From assembly GCA_000830295.1 (NCBI GenBank), contig CP010425.1, forward strand, positions 256,001-320,000: 64,000 nucleotides of DNA, written 5' to 3'. This stretch comes from an archaeon GW2011_AR15. Lineage in GTDB: Archaea; Nanobdellota; Nanobdellia; Woesearchaeales; GW2011-AR15. Below, piece after piece: positions 28,751 through 39,000 of this stretch. The notes beneath the pieces are model-generated. The model was not told where the DNA came from. It did not search any database and saw nothing but the letters and a program-made list of their open reading frames with translations. The stretch's first letter is position 1. Each line of letters starts with the position of its first letter. The position numbers and the translations under genes were made by a program.

Positions 28751-28809
28751 CTGCTGAGTAAATATTTTAGGGTATATAAAGATACCCTGCCCAGAAAATT
28801 TTTAAGGTC

Positions 28810-29019
28810 TTACTTGTCTTTTCCCCTGAAAAGTATCCCTGCAAGAAGGTTCAGCAGGAACGCATCAAGTATTGTCAGTGAAGGCAATCCGAATATCTTC
28901 GGGATTACCCAGTTCCATATCAGCCATAGAGGAAGCGCGTAAAGCAATGCACTTACCAATATGAAGAATGCTGTCATAAGCAATACTCCCGGCACATTGG
29001 GCATGAATTTCAGTTTCAT
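28810..29019 (-). CDS. Small membrane protein
   Basis: 69-aa hydrophobic ORF (WNWVIPKIFGLP) coupled to the aspS stop. Confidence 0.7.
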   Translation of the reverse strand: MKLKFMPNVPGVLLMTAFFILVSALLYALPLWLIWNWVIPKIFGLPSLTILDAFLLNLLAGILFRGKDK

Positions 29020-30815
29020 TTCTCATCACCTTTCTTTACAAAATCATGTTTCAGGTGCAGCTCTTTCATCTGCCTTTCTGTTATGTCAGAAGGAGAGCCG
29101 TCCATAGTATTCTGCGCCTGCTTGTTCTTTGGGAATGCAATGACTTCCCTGATGTCGTTGTAGCCGCAGATGAGCGCGACAATCCTGTCGAACCCCAGGC
29201 CTACTCCGCCGTGCGGAGGAGCTCCGTATTTGAAAGCCTCCAGCAGGAATCCGAATCTTTTTTCTGCCTCTTTCTTTGGGAAGCCTACGACTGCCATCAC
29301 CCTTTCCTGCACTTCTGCCTCGTTTATCCTTATTGAGCCTGAGCACAGCTCTGTGCCGTTAAGTGTAAGGTCATACTGGTTGCACAGGACAGAGCCCGGG
29401 TCCTTTTCCAGCTTTGGAAGGTCCTCTTTTTTAGGCGCGCAGAACATGTGATGCATAGGGCCCCATTTGTTCTCTTCCTCATTCCACTCAAACAGCGGGA
29501 AGTCGATTATCCAGGCGAATTTCCATTCTTTTTTGTCTATCAGGTCAAGTTTGTCTCCGAGGAACAGCCTTACCTGGCCAAGCGAGCTGCACGCAACCTC
29601 AAATTTACCGGCGACAAAAAGCAGGAGGTCATTTTCTTTTGCCCCTGCTGCTTTTACAAGCTCCTGGAGAACTTTCTCCGGGAAATATTTTACAATTGAG
29701 CTTTCAGGCTTGCCGTTTTTTATCTTCATCCATGACATGCCTTTTGCATGGTGGACTTTTGCAAGCTCTATCATCCCGTCAATTTCATTCCTTGAGAATC
29801 CGGCTGCCTTCGGCACTCTCAGGCATTTCACAACTCCGCCTTCTTTTATCACGCTTTTGTAAATCTGGAATTCTGACTTGTCCATGACATCTGTAACATC
29901 GCAGAACTCCAGCCCAAACCTTAAATCCGGCTTGTCAGAGCCGTATTTCTCCATTGCCTCTTTCCATGACAGTTTCTGGAATGGCGCTTGTATATCTATG
30001 CTGAGAGTCTCTTTCCATATTGCCTTCATCAGTCCCTCGACAATCTCAAAAACATCCTCTCTTTCCACAAATGACATCTCAAGGTCTATCTGCGTATGCT
30101 CCGGCTGCCTGTCTGCCCTCAGATCTTCATCCCTCAGGCACCTGGCCAGCTGGAAATACCTGTCATAGCCTGAAACCATAAGTATCTGCTTGTATAATTG
30201 GGGGGACTGGGGCAACGCGTAGAATTTTCCCAAATTGACCCTGCTCGGCACAACATAATCCCTTGCCCCCTCAGGAGTGGATTTCATAAGCATCGGGGTT
30301 TCGATGTGCAGGAAATTCTGCGAGTCAAGGTAATTCATGGTTGCTTTGAAAGCCTTATGCCTCATTGTGAGGTTGCGCTGCATATTTTTCCTTCTCAGGT
30401 CAAGATACCTGTATCTCAGCCTCATGTCCTCGCTTATCTCAGCCCTCTCATCAATCTCAAAAGGAGGGACTTCGCTCCTGTTAAGTATCTCAGCAGAATC
30501 GCACAGGACCTCAATCTCTCCTGTATCCAGTTTAGTGTTTACCAGGCCTTCTCCCCTGAACCTTACTTTTCCTGTTGCCCTTACAACATATTCCCTTCTC
30601 AGCTCATTTGCAAGCTTATGGGATTTCTTGTCATGGCTCGGGTCAAATACCACCTGCGTCAGCCCATACCTGTCCCTCAAATCTATGAAAATGACCCCGC
30701 CGTGGTCCCTGTAGGACTGGACCCAGCCGCACAGGGTGACTTCTTTTTTTATGTCCTTTTTTCTTAATTCCCCGCATGTGTGTGTCCTTAGCATTTTATT
30801 CCTGTCTAATCTCAT
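29016..30815 (-). CDS. aspS: Aspartate--tRNA ligase, bacterial type (likely non-discriminating)
   Basis: 599 aa with GAD insertion; RTHTCGEL, RDHGG, TPEGARDY, ALPQSPQ, DRQPE, GAPPHGG. Confidence 0.97.
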   Translation of the reverse strand: MRLDRNKMLRTHTCGELRKKDIKKEVTLCGWVQSYRDHGGVIFIDLRDRYGLTQVVFDPSHDKKSHKLANELRREYVVRATGKVRFRGEGLVNTKLDTGEIEVLCDSAEILNRSEVPPFEIDERAEISEDMRLRYRYLDLRRKNMQRNLTMRHKAFKATMNYLDSQNFLHIETPMLMKSTPEGARDYVVPSRVNLGKFYALPQSPQLYKQILMVSGYDRYFQLARCLRDEDLRADRQPEHTQIDLEMSFVEREDVFEIVEGLMKAIWKETLSIDIQAPFQKLSWKEAMEKYGSDKPDLRFGLEFCDVTDVMDKSEFQIYKSVIKEGGVVKCLRVPKAAGFSRNEIDGMIELAKVHHAKGMSWMKIKNGKPESSIVKYFPEKVLQELVKAAGAKENDLLLFVAGKFEVACSSLGQVRLFLGDKLDLIDKKEWKFAWIIDFPLFEWNEEENKWGPMHHMFCAPKKEDLPKLEKDPGSVLCNQYDLTLNGTELCSGSIRINEAEVQERVMAVVGFPKKEAEKRFGFLLEAFKYGAPPHGGVGLGFDRIVALICGYNDIREVIAFPKNKQAQNTMDGSPSDITERQMKELHLKHDFVKKGDEK

Positions 30816-30848
30816 CCATTATTTAAGTTTATTGAAAATCGGTTTTCG

Positions 30849-32318
30849 TTATCCCAAAAACCCTCTTATTGCCGCTGCCTGCTCGACTTTCTCGGACATT
30901 CCGATGAAGCTGTTGGCCCTGAAATCTTTCAGTATAAGCGAGGTTACTTTTTTGTGCCTTTCATCAGTCTCATGCTCAAACCTTGATGCGACTGATTTCA
31001 CCTGCTTCTGTATTTTTTCAGGCAGTAGCTTTAGGCTTTCCTCATTGAAATATTTCAGCGAGTCCTTCATATCCTCGTCAAATGATGCTGTTACCGTGCT
31101 TATGAAATCGTAGTCCTTTTCTGTAAGGCTGCTCATCCCCAGCAGCTCGGGCGGCAGGCCGAATGAGTACATTGCGCCGCAGAATTTTATTGCCCTGGGA
31201 AGGGAGACCCCTGTCTGCTTTCTTGAATATCCGAAAAGCCCTATGTGCAGCTTTCTTTTCCTCCTTTCCGGAACATAAGAAGACATCTGGTTCACTAAGG
31301 GAGCTATCTGCGTGACCTGCTTCTGGTATTCAGAGGAAACCTTTTCTATCATCTCCCTTGCTTTTTTCTCGTCGACTTCCATCGGCTTTCCCATTTTTGC
31401 TTCTTCAATTTTTTCTACTGCTTTTCTGACAAGCTCCTCTGGATAATCATACTTGAATGCTGACTGTGCTGTGAAAGTCTGCACGCTGGGGTATGCTGCC
31501 ATTGCATTCTTTACATTGTCAGGCCTGAAATTCCCCCTGAACGGAGCTGACCCGCACCCTATTATAGGGTATAGGTCAACTGATTTTTTTTCTGAAAGGT
31601 AATGCAAATCCTGCAAAGCTATTTTATTGAGAAGGATTGCTGAAAGGTTCCCGTAATTCAGCGATGGGTCTGATCTTGCTAACCAAACTCTCTGGTGGCC
31701 TTCTATTTTTGCCTTGTCAAGGTATTCCCCTGTTATTTCAGCAGCCCTCAGCATGTGCTCCTTGTCTTCTATCAGCGGTATGACATTTATTGTGTCAGGC
31801 TTGAAGTCGCCTACCCACTCTTTTATTGCTGTATTGTTGACTTTCTTCAATTTTTTTCCTGTTATGAATTTGTCATAGTATTCCTTGACCATAAGCACTT
31901 CATGGGCTGAGCTTACCATTGGTATTGAAATCTCAAATATCGGGGCTATGTCTTTCTGGTAGAAATGGTAGGCTGTGTCATAATTCCTCGGGATGCTTTC
32001 AAGGGTTTCCAGCAATAATTTGCCCTTGTTTTTCTCTACCCTTGGGTTCGGACCTCTCAGCGTTACGAAGACATCCTTGCCTATTTCATGCCTCCTGAAA
32101 TAATCATCGTATTTTGTAAGCAGCTTCTCTATGACAAAATTATCCACTTCCTTTCCCTCGCAGTCCCAGAGCTGCTCCTTTATTTTGAGGTTGGAAAAGG
32201 TATAGAATGCCTCTTTTATCTCATCATCCCCGCCTATGACAGAATTCTCTACAAAGAACGGCTGCCTGACATTGTCAGGGTGCTGGGTTGACATTACTCT
32301 GGGTATTCTGGGCTTAAT
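30849..32318 (-). CDS. ppcA: Archaeal-type phosphoenolpyruvate carboxylase (probable ATT start at 32318)
   Basis: IPRVMSTQHPDN, WDCEGK, ARSDP, GSAPFRG, TAQSAF, LPRAI. Confidence 0.95.
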   Translation of the reverse strand: MKPRIPRVMSTQHPDNVRQPFFVENSVIGGDDEIKEAFYTFSNLKIKEQLWDCEGKEVDNFVIEKLLTKYDDYFRRHEIGKDVFVTLRGPNPRVEKNKGKLLLETLESIPRNYDTAYHFYQKDIAPIFEISIPMVSSAHEVLMVKEYYDKFITGKKLKKVNNTAIKEWVGDFKPDTINVIPLIEDKEHMLRAAEITGEYLDKAKIEGHQRVWLARSDPSLNYGNLSAILLNKIALQDLHYLSEKKSVDLYPIIGCGSAPFRGNFRPDNVKNAMAAYPSVQTFTAQSAFKYDYPEELVRKAVEKIEEAKMGKPMEVDEKKAREMIEKVSSEYQKQVTQIAPLVNQMSSYVPERRKRKLHIGLFGYSRKQTGVSLPRAIKFCGAMYSFGLPPELLGMSSLTEKDYDFISTVTASFDEDMKDSLKYFNEESLKLLPEKIQKQVKSVASRFEHETDERHKKVTSLILKDFRANSFIGMSEKVEQAAAIRGFLG

Positions 32319-32435
32319 TTCCTATCACCTTAGCTGATAAAGAAAACGCTGCACTATTTAACGATTATCATTATCTGCAGTCATAGAATAGGGTTATGGG
32401 GGATTAATATTTAAAATTAACTAAAGAGAACACAA

Positions 32436-32972
32436 CTACCCATTTTTATTTAATCGAAAAAATTGTTCTAAGTTAAAATCCTTCAAAAACGTTGTGACAG
32501 AAAATAGTTGAGTTTTATAAACTAGGAAATATGTCAATATAATTGAAGTTAGTACTATCCCAACACCAAATAACCAATAACTTTTTGATGTGTGCTGGAG
32601 TAAAAGACTAAAATCAGATATTTTTAATGAAGAAAAATAATTGTATACAATATCAAATAATGGAAGAAGGCTAAAATATTTTAGATATTTGTTTTTCTTA
32701 TAAAGACAATAGATAAAAACTATAACAAAAAGATAAAAAATATATGGTCCCATATAAAATAGAAAATAGGAGATATTGTTCTCCTGACCGGAAATAAAAC
32801 AATCTGTTTTACCCCATGTTATATTTGGTTCACCTCCAATCATTTTGCAAGGCAAAGCATGAGAAAACTCATGAATGGGGGTTGCATAATACGTTACTAT
32901 ATAAGTTATGCAAAGCAAAAGAACGATATAAAGTATGTTCAGTATAACAAATAATCGTTTTTTTTCTTTCAC
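32436..32972 (-). CDS. Membrane protein with HExxH motif (M50-like metallopeptidase)
   Basis: IHEFSH in TM context, GPY, later Asp; AT-rich DNA. Confidence 0.7.
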   Translation of the reverse strand: MKEKKRLFVILNILYIVLLLCITYIVTYYATPIHEFSHALPCKMIGGEPNITWGKTDCFISGQENNISYFLFYMGPYIFYLFVIVFIYCLYKKNKYLKYFSLLPLFDIVYNYFSSLKISDFSLLLQHTSKSYWLFGVGIVLTSIILTYFLVYKTQLFSVTTFLKDFNLEQFFRLNKNG

Positions 32973-33041
32973 CTAATCATCAAAATTTAGGATTTATTTA
33001 ATATTTTCCAAATAAAACAAAAAAGAACTAAAAAATAAAAA

Positions 33042-33470
33042 CTATTCAACCCCAACAATCTCAACTTCAAATGTGAGGTCCTGCCCAGCTAGCGGATGGT
33101 TCAGGTCAAGCACGACTGTTGCATCCTTTACCTCCAGTATCTTCGCAGGGAAAGGCTGCCCGTCAGGCCCTCTAAGGTATATCATGGCGCCTGCTTTCAG
33201 TTCCATTCCTTCCGGCACAGGCCCTTTCGGAAGCTCCCTTACCAGTTCTTCCCTTGATTCTCCATAGGCTTCTTTTGCTATGACTTTTATCACTTTCTTC
33301 TCTCCCTTCTTCATCCCGAGCATTTCCCTTTCCAGCCCGGGGATTATCATACCTGAACCGGCTACAAATTCTAAGGGCGCTCTTTCTAGCGAGCTGTCAA
33401 AAACTTCGCCGTCATTTAACTTTCCTGTGTAGTGGAACTTAACTTTTGATTTTTCTTTTACTCCTGCCAT
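33042..33470 (-). CDS. slyD: FKBP-type peptidyl-prolyl isomerase (SlyD-like)
   Basis: HYTGKL..GEVFDSS, IPGLE, AYG, DLNHPLAG. Confidence 0.95.
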   Translation of the reverse strand: MAGVKEKSKVKFHYTGKLNDGEVFDSSLERAPLEFVAGSGMIIPGLEREMLGMKKGEKKVIKVIAKEAYGESREELVRELPKGPVPEGMELKAGAMIYLRGPDGQPFPAKILEVKDATVVLDLNHPLAGQDLTFEVEIVGVE

Positions 33471-33551
33471 GAAAACACCTCATAACATACAAGAATTAAG
33501 GCTTGTATATGCAATTGTTTTTTCTGAATATTTATAAGGTTATTGGTGAAA

Positions 33552-34193
33552 TTAAAGAGAATTAACCAGTTTTTTTAAACCATGTTGAATATAAGGAAGT
33601 AGTATTATTGTAGTTGGAATCATCATTAAAAAGGGTATTGCTATAGTGGTATTGTGGAATATTTGAGAGTGACCACATAATATTAAAGGAAGTGAAGTTG
33701 GGTTATCTGTTCCACAAATATAATTGCCTGCTATATCATGCAACAGGAATAATACGGGAAAAGAGAATATCCATTTTTTATTCTCATTTTTTGAATATTT
33801 ATAAAAGATATATGATAAAAATATGCTTACGAATAAAGTAAAAATAATCCCACCTAGGGCAAAATTTAGAGAAAATCTCCCATTTAGAATCATCGTCTGC
33901 TGTGGCAGTTTGATGAATGAGAATATAGGTGCATCAACCCAATTGCTGATTATAATTTCAGGAAATCTTCTATAAATCAGTAAATTATCAAGTATTGCAT
34001 AAATCATATGGCCCCCTTCATGAACATAGAATGAAAGAAAGAAGATTAATGGCGCAATGAATATACTTAATCCTAGAGTTATAACGTAGGACTCTAATTT
34101 AAAACACCATTCATCAAATCTTCTTAAAGAAGTTTTATTTGAGACTTTCTTCGATGATTTTTTGTTCTTCTTTTGTGATTCCATATATCTCAT
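33552..34193 (-). CDS. Membrane protein with HExxH motif (M50-like)
   Basis: VHEGGH, LGG, HD; overlaps the end of the RM gene; AT-rich. Confidence 0.7.
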   Translation of the reverse strand: MRYMESQKKNKKSSKKVSNKTSLRRFDEWCFKLESYVITLGLSIFIAPLIFFLSFYVHEGGHMIYAILDNLLIYRRFPEIIISNWVDAPIFSFIKLPQQTMILNGRFSLNFALGGIIFTLFVSIFLSYIFYKYSKNENKKWIFSFPVLFLLHDIAGNYICGTDNPTSLPLILCGHSQIFHNTTIAIPFLMMIPTTIILLPYIQHGLKKLVNSL

Positions 34194-36870
34194 AAACTAG
34201 TTTGTCAATTTTTTCATCTGTTTCTTTAATTTCTCGTTCTAACTTGGTGGTTTCAGATGTTTTTTTATCTTTTAGAGAAGAAAACCGCATAGTCATATTT
34301 AATATTTTATCAACTAAATTTATAAGTGGTCTTTGTTCAACAAGAGTTTTATTTTTAATCGGTAATGCTCTTATATTATCTGGGTACACATGCAATCCAG
34401 AACCGATAAATTGTTTAAAATAGAAGGTTATGAGTTTTGAGTTTAGTATAGCTAATAAATATTTCAAATCAAATTTTTTTGAAATCTCTAACTGTTTTTC
34501 TGAAATGTTTAGTCCTCTTCTTTGTATTCCTTGTAATTGGTAAAATGGCATACAAATAGAAAGGGTATGTTCGGCATAATAATTTTGTTCATCATACGTG
34601 GCTTTTAATCCTTCCTTTGCATTTATATCTCTTATCATTAGTTTTGGGTTTTCAAAAAGCTCTTTGAACATGGGATTATAGAGTCTTTTAATATCATAAA
34701 TAAGGTATTTATTGTCAAAATTGATAGAATACCTATTGATATCTCGCCCATCAAGCATTGGTTTACAGAGTGAATTTGCCTTTTCTTTTATAACAAATTC
34801 TTTAATATTCCCACTTCTGGCCCCCCAATTTACATAACAAATATCATTTATAAAAATAGAATTATTCTCAATTTTTTCTTTAAGTTTGATTGTATCTGTA
34901 TTCACATCTAGCCTGAACAAATACTCTTCGGTTGTTAGGAAAATATTTTGTGAAATCTCTTTTACTTCTTCCAGAATCTTTTTATTGACTGAAGGATCGA
35001 CTTTTGGCTTTATTATTTTAACCTTATTATTATTTCTTTTCTTTAGGCTAGTTTCTTTTTTTAGGACTATAATTACATTATCAACCGTTGCTTGCTCAAA
35101 TATTTTATATTGTGTTAGATCAACAATTTTTACAATGACACAATTTTCTAGAATGAATTTTCTAATATTTTTTCCATAAGGTTGAGAAAGAAATTTATCA
35201 GGTATAATGAAACTGAAATATCCACCATTGTTTAGTGATTTTATTGCTTTTTCTATAAAAAGAACATACAAGTCAAATTTTTTGTAAGCACTAAAAAAAA
35301 TGTTTTGATAATATTTTACCTCATTCTCATTTTTAGAAAGAAGGTAAATATTGACATAGGGGGGATTTCCTATAACAATATTAAACGAGCCTTCATTAAA
35401 CTCATTTGTCCACTTAAAGGCATCTAATCCTACAATTGATTCATCATCAATAAGAGAGTTTCCATGTCTTATGTGTAAATCAATCTCCTCGGGCAACTTC
35501 CTATCTTTTTCAGCAGCTTTCAGTAACAGATTTAATTTTGTAATCTCAACTGCCTTGTTATCTAAATCAACGCCATAGATATTTTTCTTTAGTATTTCAG
35601 TTTTTATAGAATATGCACCCTGGCTGTCAAGCTTTTGTTGTCTTGCATAGTCGTTTGTATTCAAGTCCTTATATAGATAATCAAACGCTTTTATCAAAAA
35701 TGAACCAGAGCCACATGCAGGATCAAGAATTTTAATGGATTTTGGATCAATTTTTTTGTTTTTCAATGCTTCCCACACAGTATTTTTTACTATGTAATCC
35801 ACGATATAATTTGGGGTATAGTATATTCCTTGTTCTTTTCTATGTGCTTGCCCGTCAGATAGCTTTGCCCTTCCTGATTTTGTCTGTGCTAGAATCTTAC
35901 CCAAGTATTGCTCATAAACCTGCCCCAAAACATCAGCATCAATCCAATCGAAATTATAAATAAAGTCACCATTCCTTGATTCATATAATAAATAAATTAG
36001 TTTTTTGATAATGCCCCCATTGAGCCTTATAATATCACAATCATTATCAAAATTAGGTTTGAAAAGTCCACTATTATAAACATCATTATATCTCACAAAT
36101 ATCTCTTTTAATCTGGAATATGCCTTGTTATCAGGAAAATGTTTAATCTCTTCAAGAGTTATATCTTCGGGGTTTATTCCAACATCTTCACTTCTTCTGA
36201 TAAAAATTAATCTATCAATTATTCTTTGGGTTATTTCATCTTTTTCATTGATGTTATATTTACTAGGATATGTTTTCTCCAAGTCATCGGAAATAATTTT
36301 CCTGATGAGCATCAAATCTTCAAGTAAGGGCTTATCAATTGAAATTCTTTTTTTTAATCTTCCCTCTTCTGCTGCTCTTTTTAATAATAAGTCTTTTTCA
36401 AAGCTCTCTTTACTGAGAAAAATTAAATCGTGGAATTTACTTAAGTATTCATCTGGTGATGCAAAATAAGAAAATACTTGGTTTATAGCATTTTCCTGTT
36501 CAACACAAAAGATTTTTAATCTCTCAAAGTTAGTAGATACTGCAAAAGGGATTCTTTTTGATAAAGCATAAGAGATAACTTGTCTATCTGCTTCCTTATC
36601 CAAGGGAACACCAACTCGTTTAACTTCCAAAAAAAATACAATTCTATCACCAATCTTAAATGCATAATCCGCTTCACCCAGATTTTCCCCTCTTCTTGCT
36701 TTAGCCTGTTTAGTGAAATCTGATTTTGTCCATCCTAGAATTTTAATAAATAACTCCTCAATTAGTTTAGTTTCAACATCTGCTTCCAAGAATTTTTTAT
36801 ATTTCTGATAGTTCGCCTTAAAATCCTCTATAAGTGATATCAATTGGATTTTAATCTCTTTTTCATCCAT
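34135..36870 (-). CDS. Type IIG/IIL fused restriction endonuclease-N6-adenine methyltransferase (Eco57I/TaqI-C-like)
   Basis: N-terminal ADY..LEVK nuclease, GIYYTP, DPACGSG, GNPPY, C-terminal target-recognition region; AT-rich. Confidence 0.93.
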   Translation of the reverse strand: MDEKEIKIQLISLIEDFKANYQKYKKFLEADVETKLIEELFIKILGWTKSDFTKQAKARRGENLGEADYAFKIGDRIVFFLEVKRVGVPLDKEADRQVISYALSKRIPFAVSTNFERLKIFCVEQENAINQVFSYFASPDEYLSKFHDLIFLSKESFEKDLLLKRAAEEGRLKKRISIDKPLLEDLMLIRKIISDDLEKTYPSKYNINEKDEITQRIIDRLIFIRRSEDVGINPEDITLEEIKHFPDNKAYSRLKEIFVRYNDVYNSGLFKPNFDNDCDIIRLNGGIIKKLIYLLYESRNGDFIYNFDWIDADVLGQVYEQYLGKILAQTKSGRAKLSDGQAHRKEQGIYYTPNYIVDYIVKNTVWEALKNKKIDPKSIKILDPACGSGSFLIKAFDYLYKDLNTNDYARQQKLDSQGAYSIKTEILKKNIYGVDLDNKAVEITKLNLLLKAAEKDRKLPEEIDLHIRHGNSLIDDESIVGLDAFKWTNEFNEGSFNIVIGNPPYVNIYLLSKNENEVKYYQNIFFSAYKKFDLYVLFIEKAIKSLNNGGYFSFIIPDKFLSQPYGKNIRKFILENCVIVKIVDLTQYKIFEQATVDNVIIVLKKETSLKKRNNNKVKIIKPKVDPSVNKKILEEVKEISQNIFLTTEEYLFRLDVNTDTIKLKEKIENNSIFINDICYVNWGARSGNIKEFVIKEKANSLCKPMLDGRDINRYSINFDNKYLIYDIKRLYNPMFKELFENPKLMIRDINAKEGLKATYDEQNYYAEHTLSICMPFYQLQGIQRRGLNISEKQLEISKKFDLKYLLAILNSKLITFYFKQFIGSGLHVYPDNIRALPIKNKTLVEQRPLINLVDKILNMTMRFSSLKDKKTSETTKLEREIKETDEKIDKLVYEIYGITKEEQKIIEESLK

Positions 36871-36997
36871 TATAGTTAAACTATTTAAATGGAATTAATA
36901 AAGTTTTGTGCAAATTTTAGATATATTACAGAAAGAAACCATGTTTGAAATTAGTTGAAGAGCAAAGAATATAAACAACTCTTTTATCCAAGGACAG

Positions 36998-38185
36998 ATG
37001 AAATTCGACAGGAGATATGCAACCATTTTTCTGATAATGGTCACCGAAGTCCTGGGATTCTCGCTTATACTTCCCTTCCTCCCATTCTATGTTGAAGAGC
37101 TTGGAGCAACGCCCCTGACATACGGGCTTATACTAGCATCATTCTCACTGCTGCAGTTCATCTCCGCGCCCATAATGGGCAGATTAAGTGACCACTACGG
37201 AAGAAGGCCGATGCTGATATTCTCCCAGATGTCAACATGCCTGAGCTTCATCATACTTGCTTTTGCAGATAACATCTGGCTGGTTTTCCTCTCAAGGATT
37301 GTGGACGGGATGCTGGGGAGCAACTTCACCATAGCGCAGGCATATATAAGCGACATCTCCTCAAAAAAAGACAGGAGCAAGGCATTTGGAATAGGCGGCA
37401 TTGCCTTCGGCGCCGGATTCCTCATAGGGCCTGCGATAGGCGGCACACTGGCGGGAATAAGCCACAGCATCCCCTCATTTTTGGCGGCGGGCGCTTCTTT
37501 CATGACAATCCTGATGACAATGTTCCTCCTTCCTGAAACAGTAAAGAAAAAGAAGAATATAAGCTTCAGGATAAGAGAGGCATTCCATTTCAGGGATTAC
37601 AAAAAATATTTCTCAATGCCGAAAATCTCAGGAAGGCTCTGGCAGTATTTCTCCTTTGCCCTGACGCATACAATGTATGTTACAAGCTTTGCATTTTTTG
37701 TAGAAAGAGTATTGAATTTCAACTCGTCAAATGTCGGCTTCCTGCTTACATATGTCGGCTTTGTAAGCATCATATTCAGGGGGACCCTGCTGTCAAGGCT
37801 TATTGACAGGTTCGGGGAGAAAAAGCTGAGGTATGCCGGCGGGATTTTCATACTGCTTGCGATGCTCAACATGATTTTCCTGAGGCAGTGGTGGCTTTTC
37901 CTTGTAACAATGACGCTGTTCTCTGTCGGCGCAGGCATGGCGATGCCGCTGCTTGCAGGCTCTGTATCAAGGGCAGTGAGCCCTAAGGAGCAGGGAGCAA
38001 TAATGGGGCTTGTGGGATCAATGATGAGCATATCCCAGATAATCGGGCCTCTAATAGGAAATGCTTTGATACATTATTTCTTCCCCGGCAGCCTTGGCAT
38101 TGCAGCTGCTGTAACCATTTCAGTGGCTTTTATGCTGATGTTAAGGGAAGACAGTAAAAAAAATGCAAAGAAAATGATTGCCTGA
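36998..38185 (+). CDS. MFS transporter (TetA/DHA1-like)
   Basis: GRLSDHYGRRP motif A, GFLIGPAIGG motif C, about 12 TM. Confidence 0.95.
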   Translation: MKFDRRYATIFLIMVTEVLGFSLILPFLPFYVEELGATPLTYGLILASFSLLQFISAPIMGRLSDHYGRRPMLIFSQMSTCLSFIILAFADNIWLVFLSRIVDGMLGSNFTIAQAYISDISSKKDRSKAFGIGGIAFGAGFLIGPAIGGTLAGISHSIPSFLAAGASFMTILMTMFLLPETVKKKKNISFRIREAFHFRDYKKYFSMPKISGRLWQYFSFALTHTMYVTSFAFFVERVLNFNSSNVGFLLTYVGFVSIIFRGTLLSRLIDRFGEKKLRYAGGIFILLAMLNMIFLRQWWLFLVTMTLFSVGAGMAMPLLAGSVSRAVSPKEQGAIMGLVGSMMSISQIIGPLIGNALIHYFFPGSLGIAAAVTISVAFMLMLREDSKKNAKKMIA

Positions 38186-38584
38186 TTACCTGTATGACTT
38201 CTGCTTCTTGGCCCTTGCATGACCGTGCGTGTTCGGCTTGTGTGTTTCCTTACGCCTTACGTCAGCAACAAGAAGGTGCCTGTCATATTCAAGGAAAACC
38301 TGCTTAAGCCTTGGTGAATGTTCTACAAGCGCCCTTGCTATTGCTGTCCTTGTGGCATCGCTCTGGCTCATCGGGCCGCCGCCTATAACTTTTACAGTGA
38401 TGTCAATGCTGTTCCTTATATCCCCTGACAATATAAGAGGCTCTTCTATCCTCATCCTGTATACCTTAGGCTCATACAATTCAAGAGGAACATTATTTAT
38501 CCTTACCTTGCCTGTGCCCTTGCTCAGGGCTGCTCTGGCAATTGCTGTTTTTCTCTTTCCTGATTCATTTATTGTCTTACTCAA
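38186..38584 (-). CDS. rps9: 30S ribosomal protein uS9
   Basis: GKRKTAIARA, GGG..SQ, YDRHLLVADVR, QKSYR; TTG start after AGGTG. Confidence 0.97.
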   Translation of the reverse strand: MSKTINESGKRKTAIARAALSKGTGKVRINNVPLELYEPKVYRMRIEEPLILSGDIRNSIDITVKVIGGGPMSQSDATRTAIARALVEHSPRLKQVFLEYDRHLLVADVRRKETHKPNTHGHARAKKQKSYR

Positions 38585-38999
38585 CTCTAGCACCTATTTT
38601 CTTTGATATTTCCTTCAATGTAGTGTATCTTAAATTTGGAAGCTCTGCCTTTGTCTTGCTTTCAAGCTTCACAGGCTTCTCATTCTTGAATTCTTCTGGC
38701 ACACCGACATAGCATAATACCCTCTTGTATGCCTCCCTTCCCCTTGTTGTGGCAAAAGGAAGCATACCCCTGACAACTCTTCTTAAAATCCTTTCAGGCC
38801 TTCTCTGGATGAACGGTCCTTTTGCATGGGTTCCCTTGTGCATCCTCTCAAGGTAGTCCTTGTATGTGTTCTCTTTTTTCCCTGCCATGATTGCCTTCTC
38901 GCTGTTTATGACCCTGACTTCATTTCCCAAAAGCGCCTGCTTTGCAATGTATGTTGCAAGCCTCCCTACAATCATGTCTGCTGCGTCTACTACTATCAT
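38577..38999 (-). CDS. rpl13: 50S ribosomal protein uL13
   Basis: GRLA, NSEKA, RRVVRGMLP. Confidence 0.97.
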   Translation of the reverse strand: MIVVDAADMIVGRLATYIAKQALLGNEVRVINSEKAIMAGKKENTYKDYLERMHKGTHAKGPFIQRRPERILRRVVRGMLPFATTRGREAYKRVLCYVGVPEEFKNEKPVKLESKTKAELPNLRYTTLKEISKKIGARVE

Positions 39000-39000
39000 T

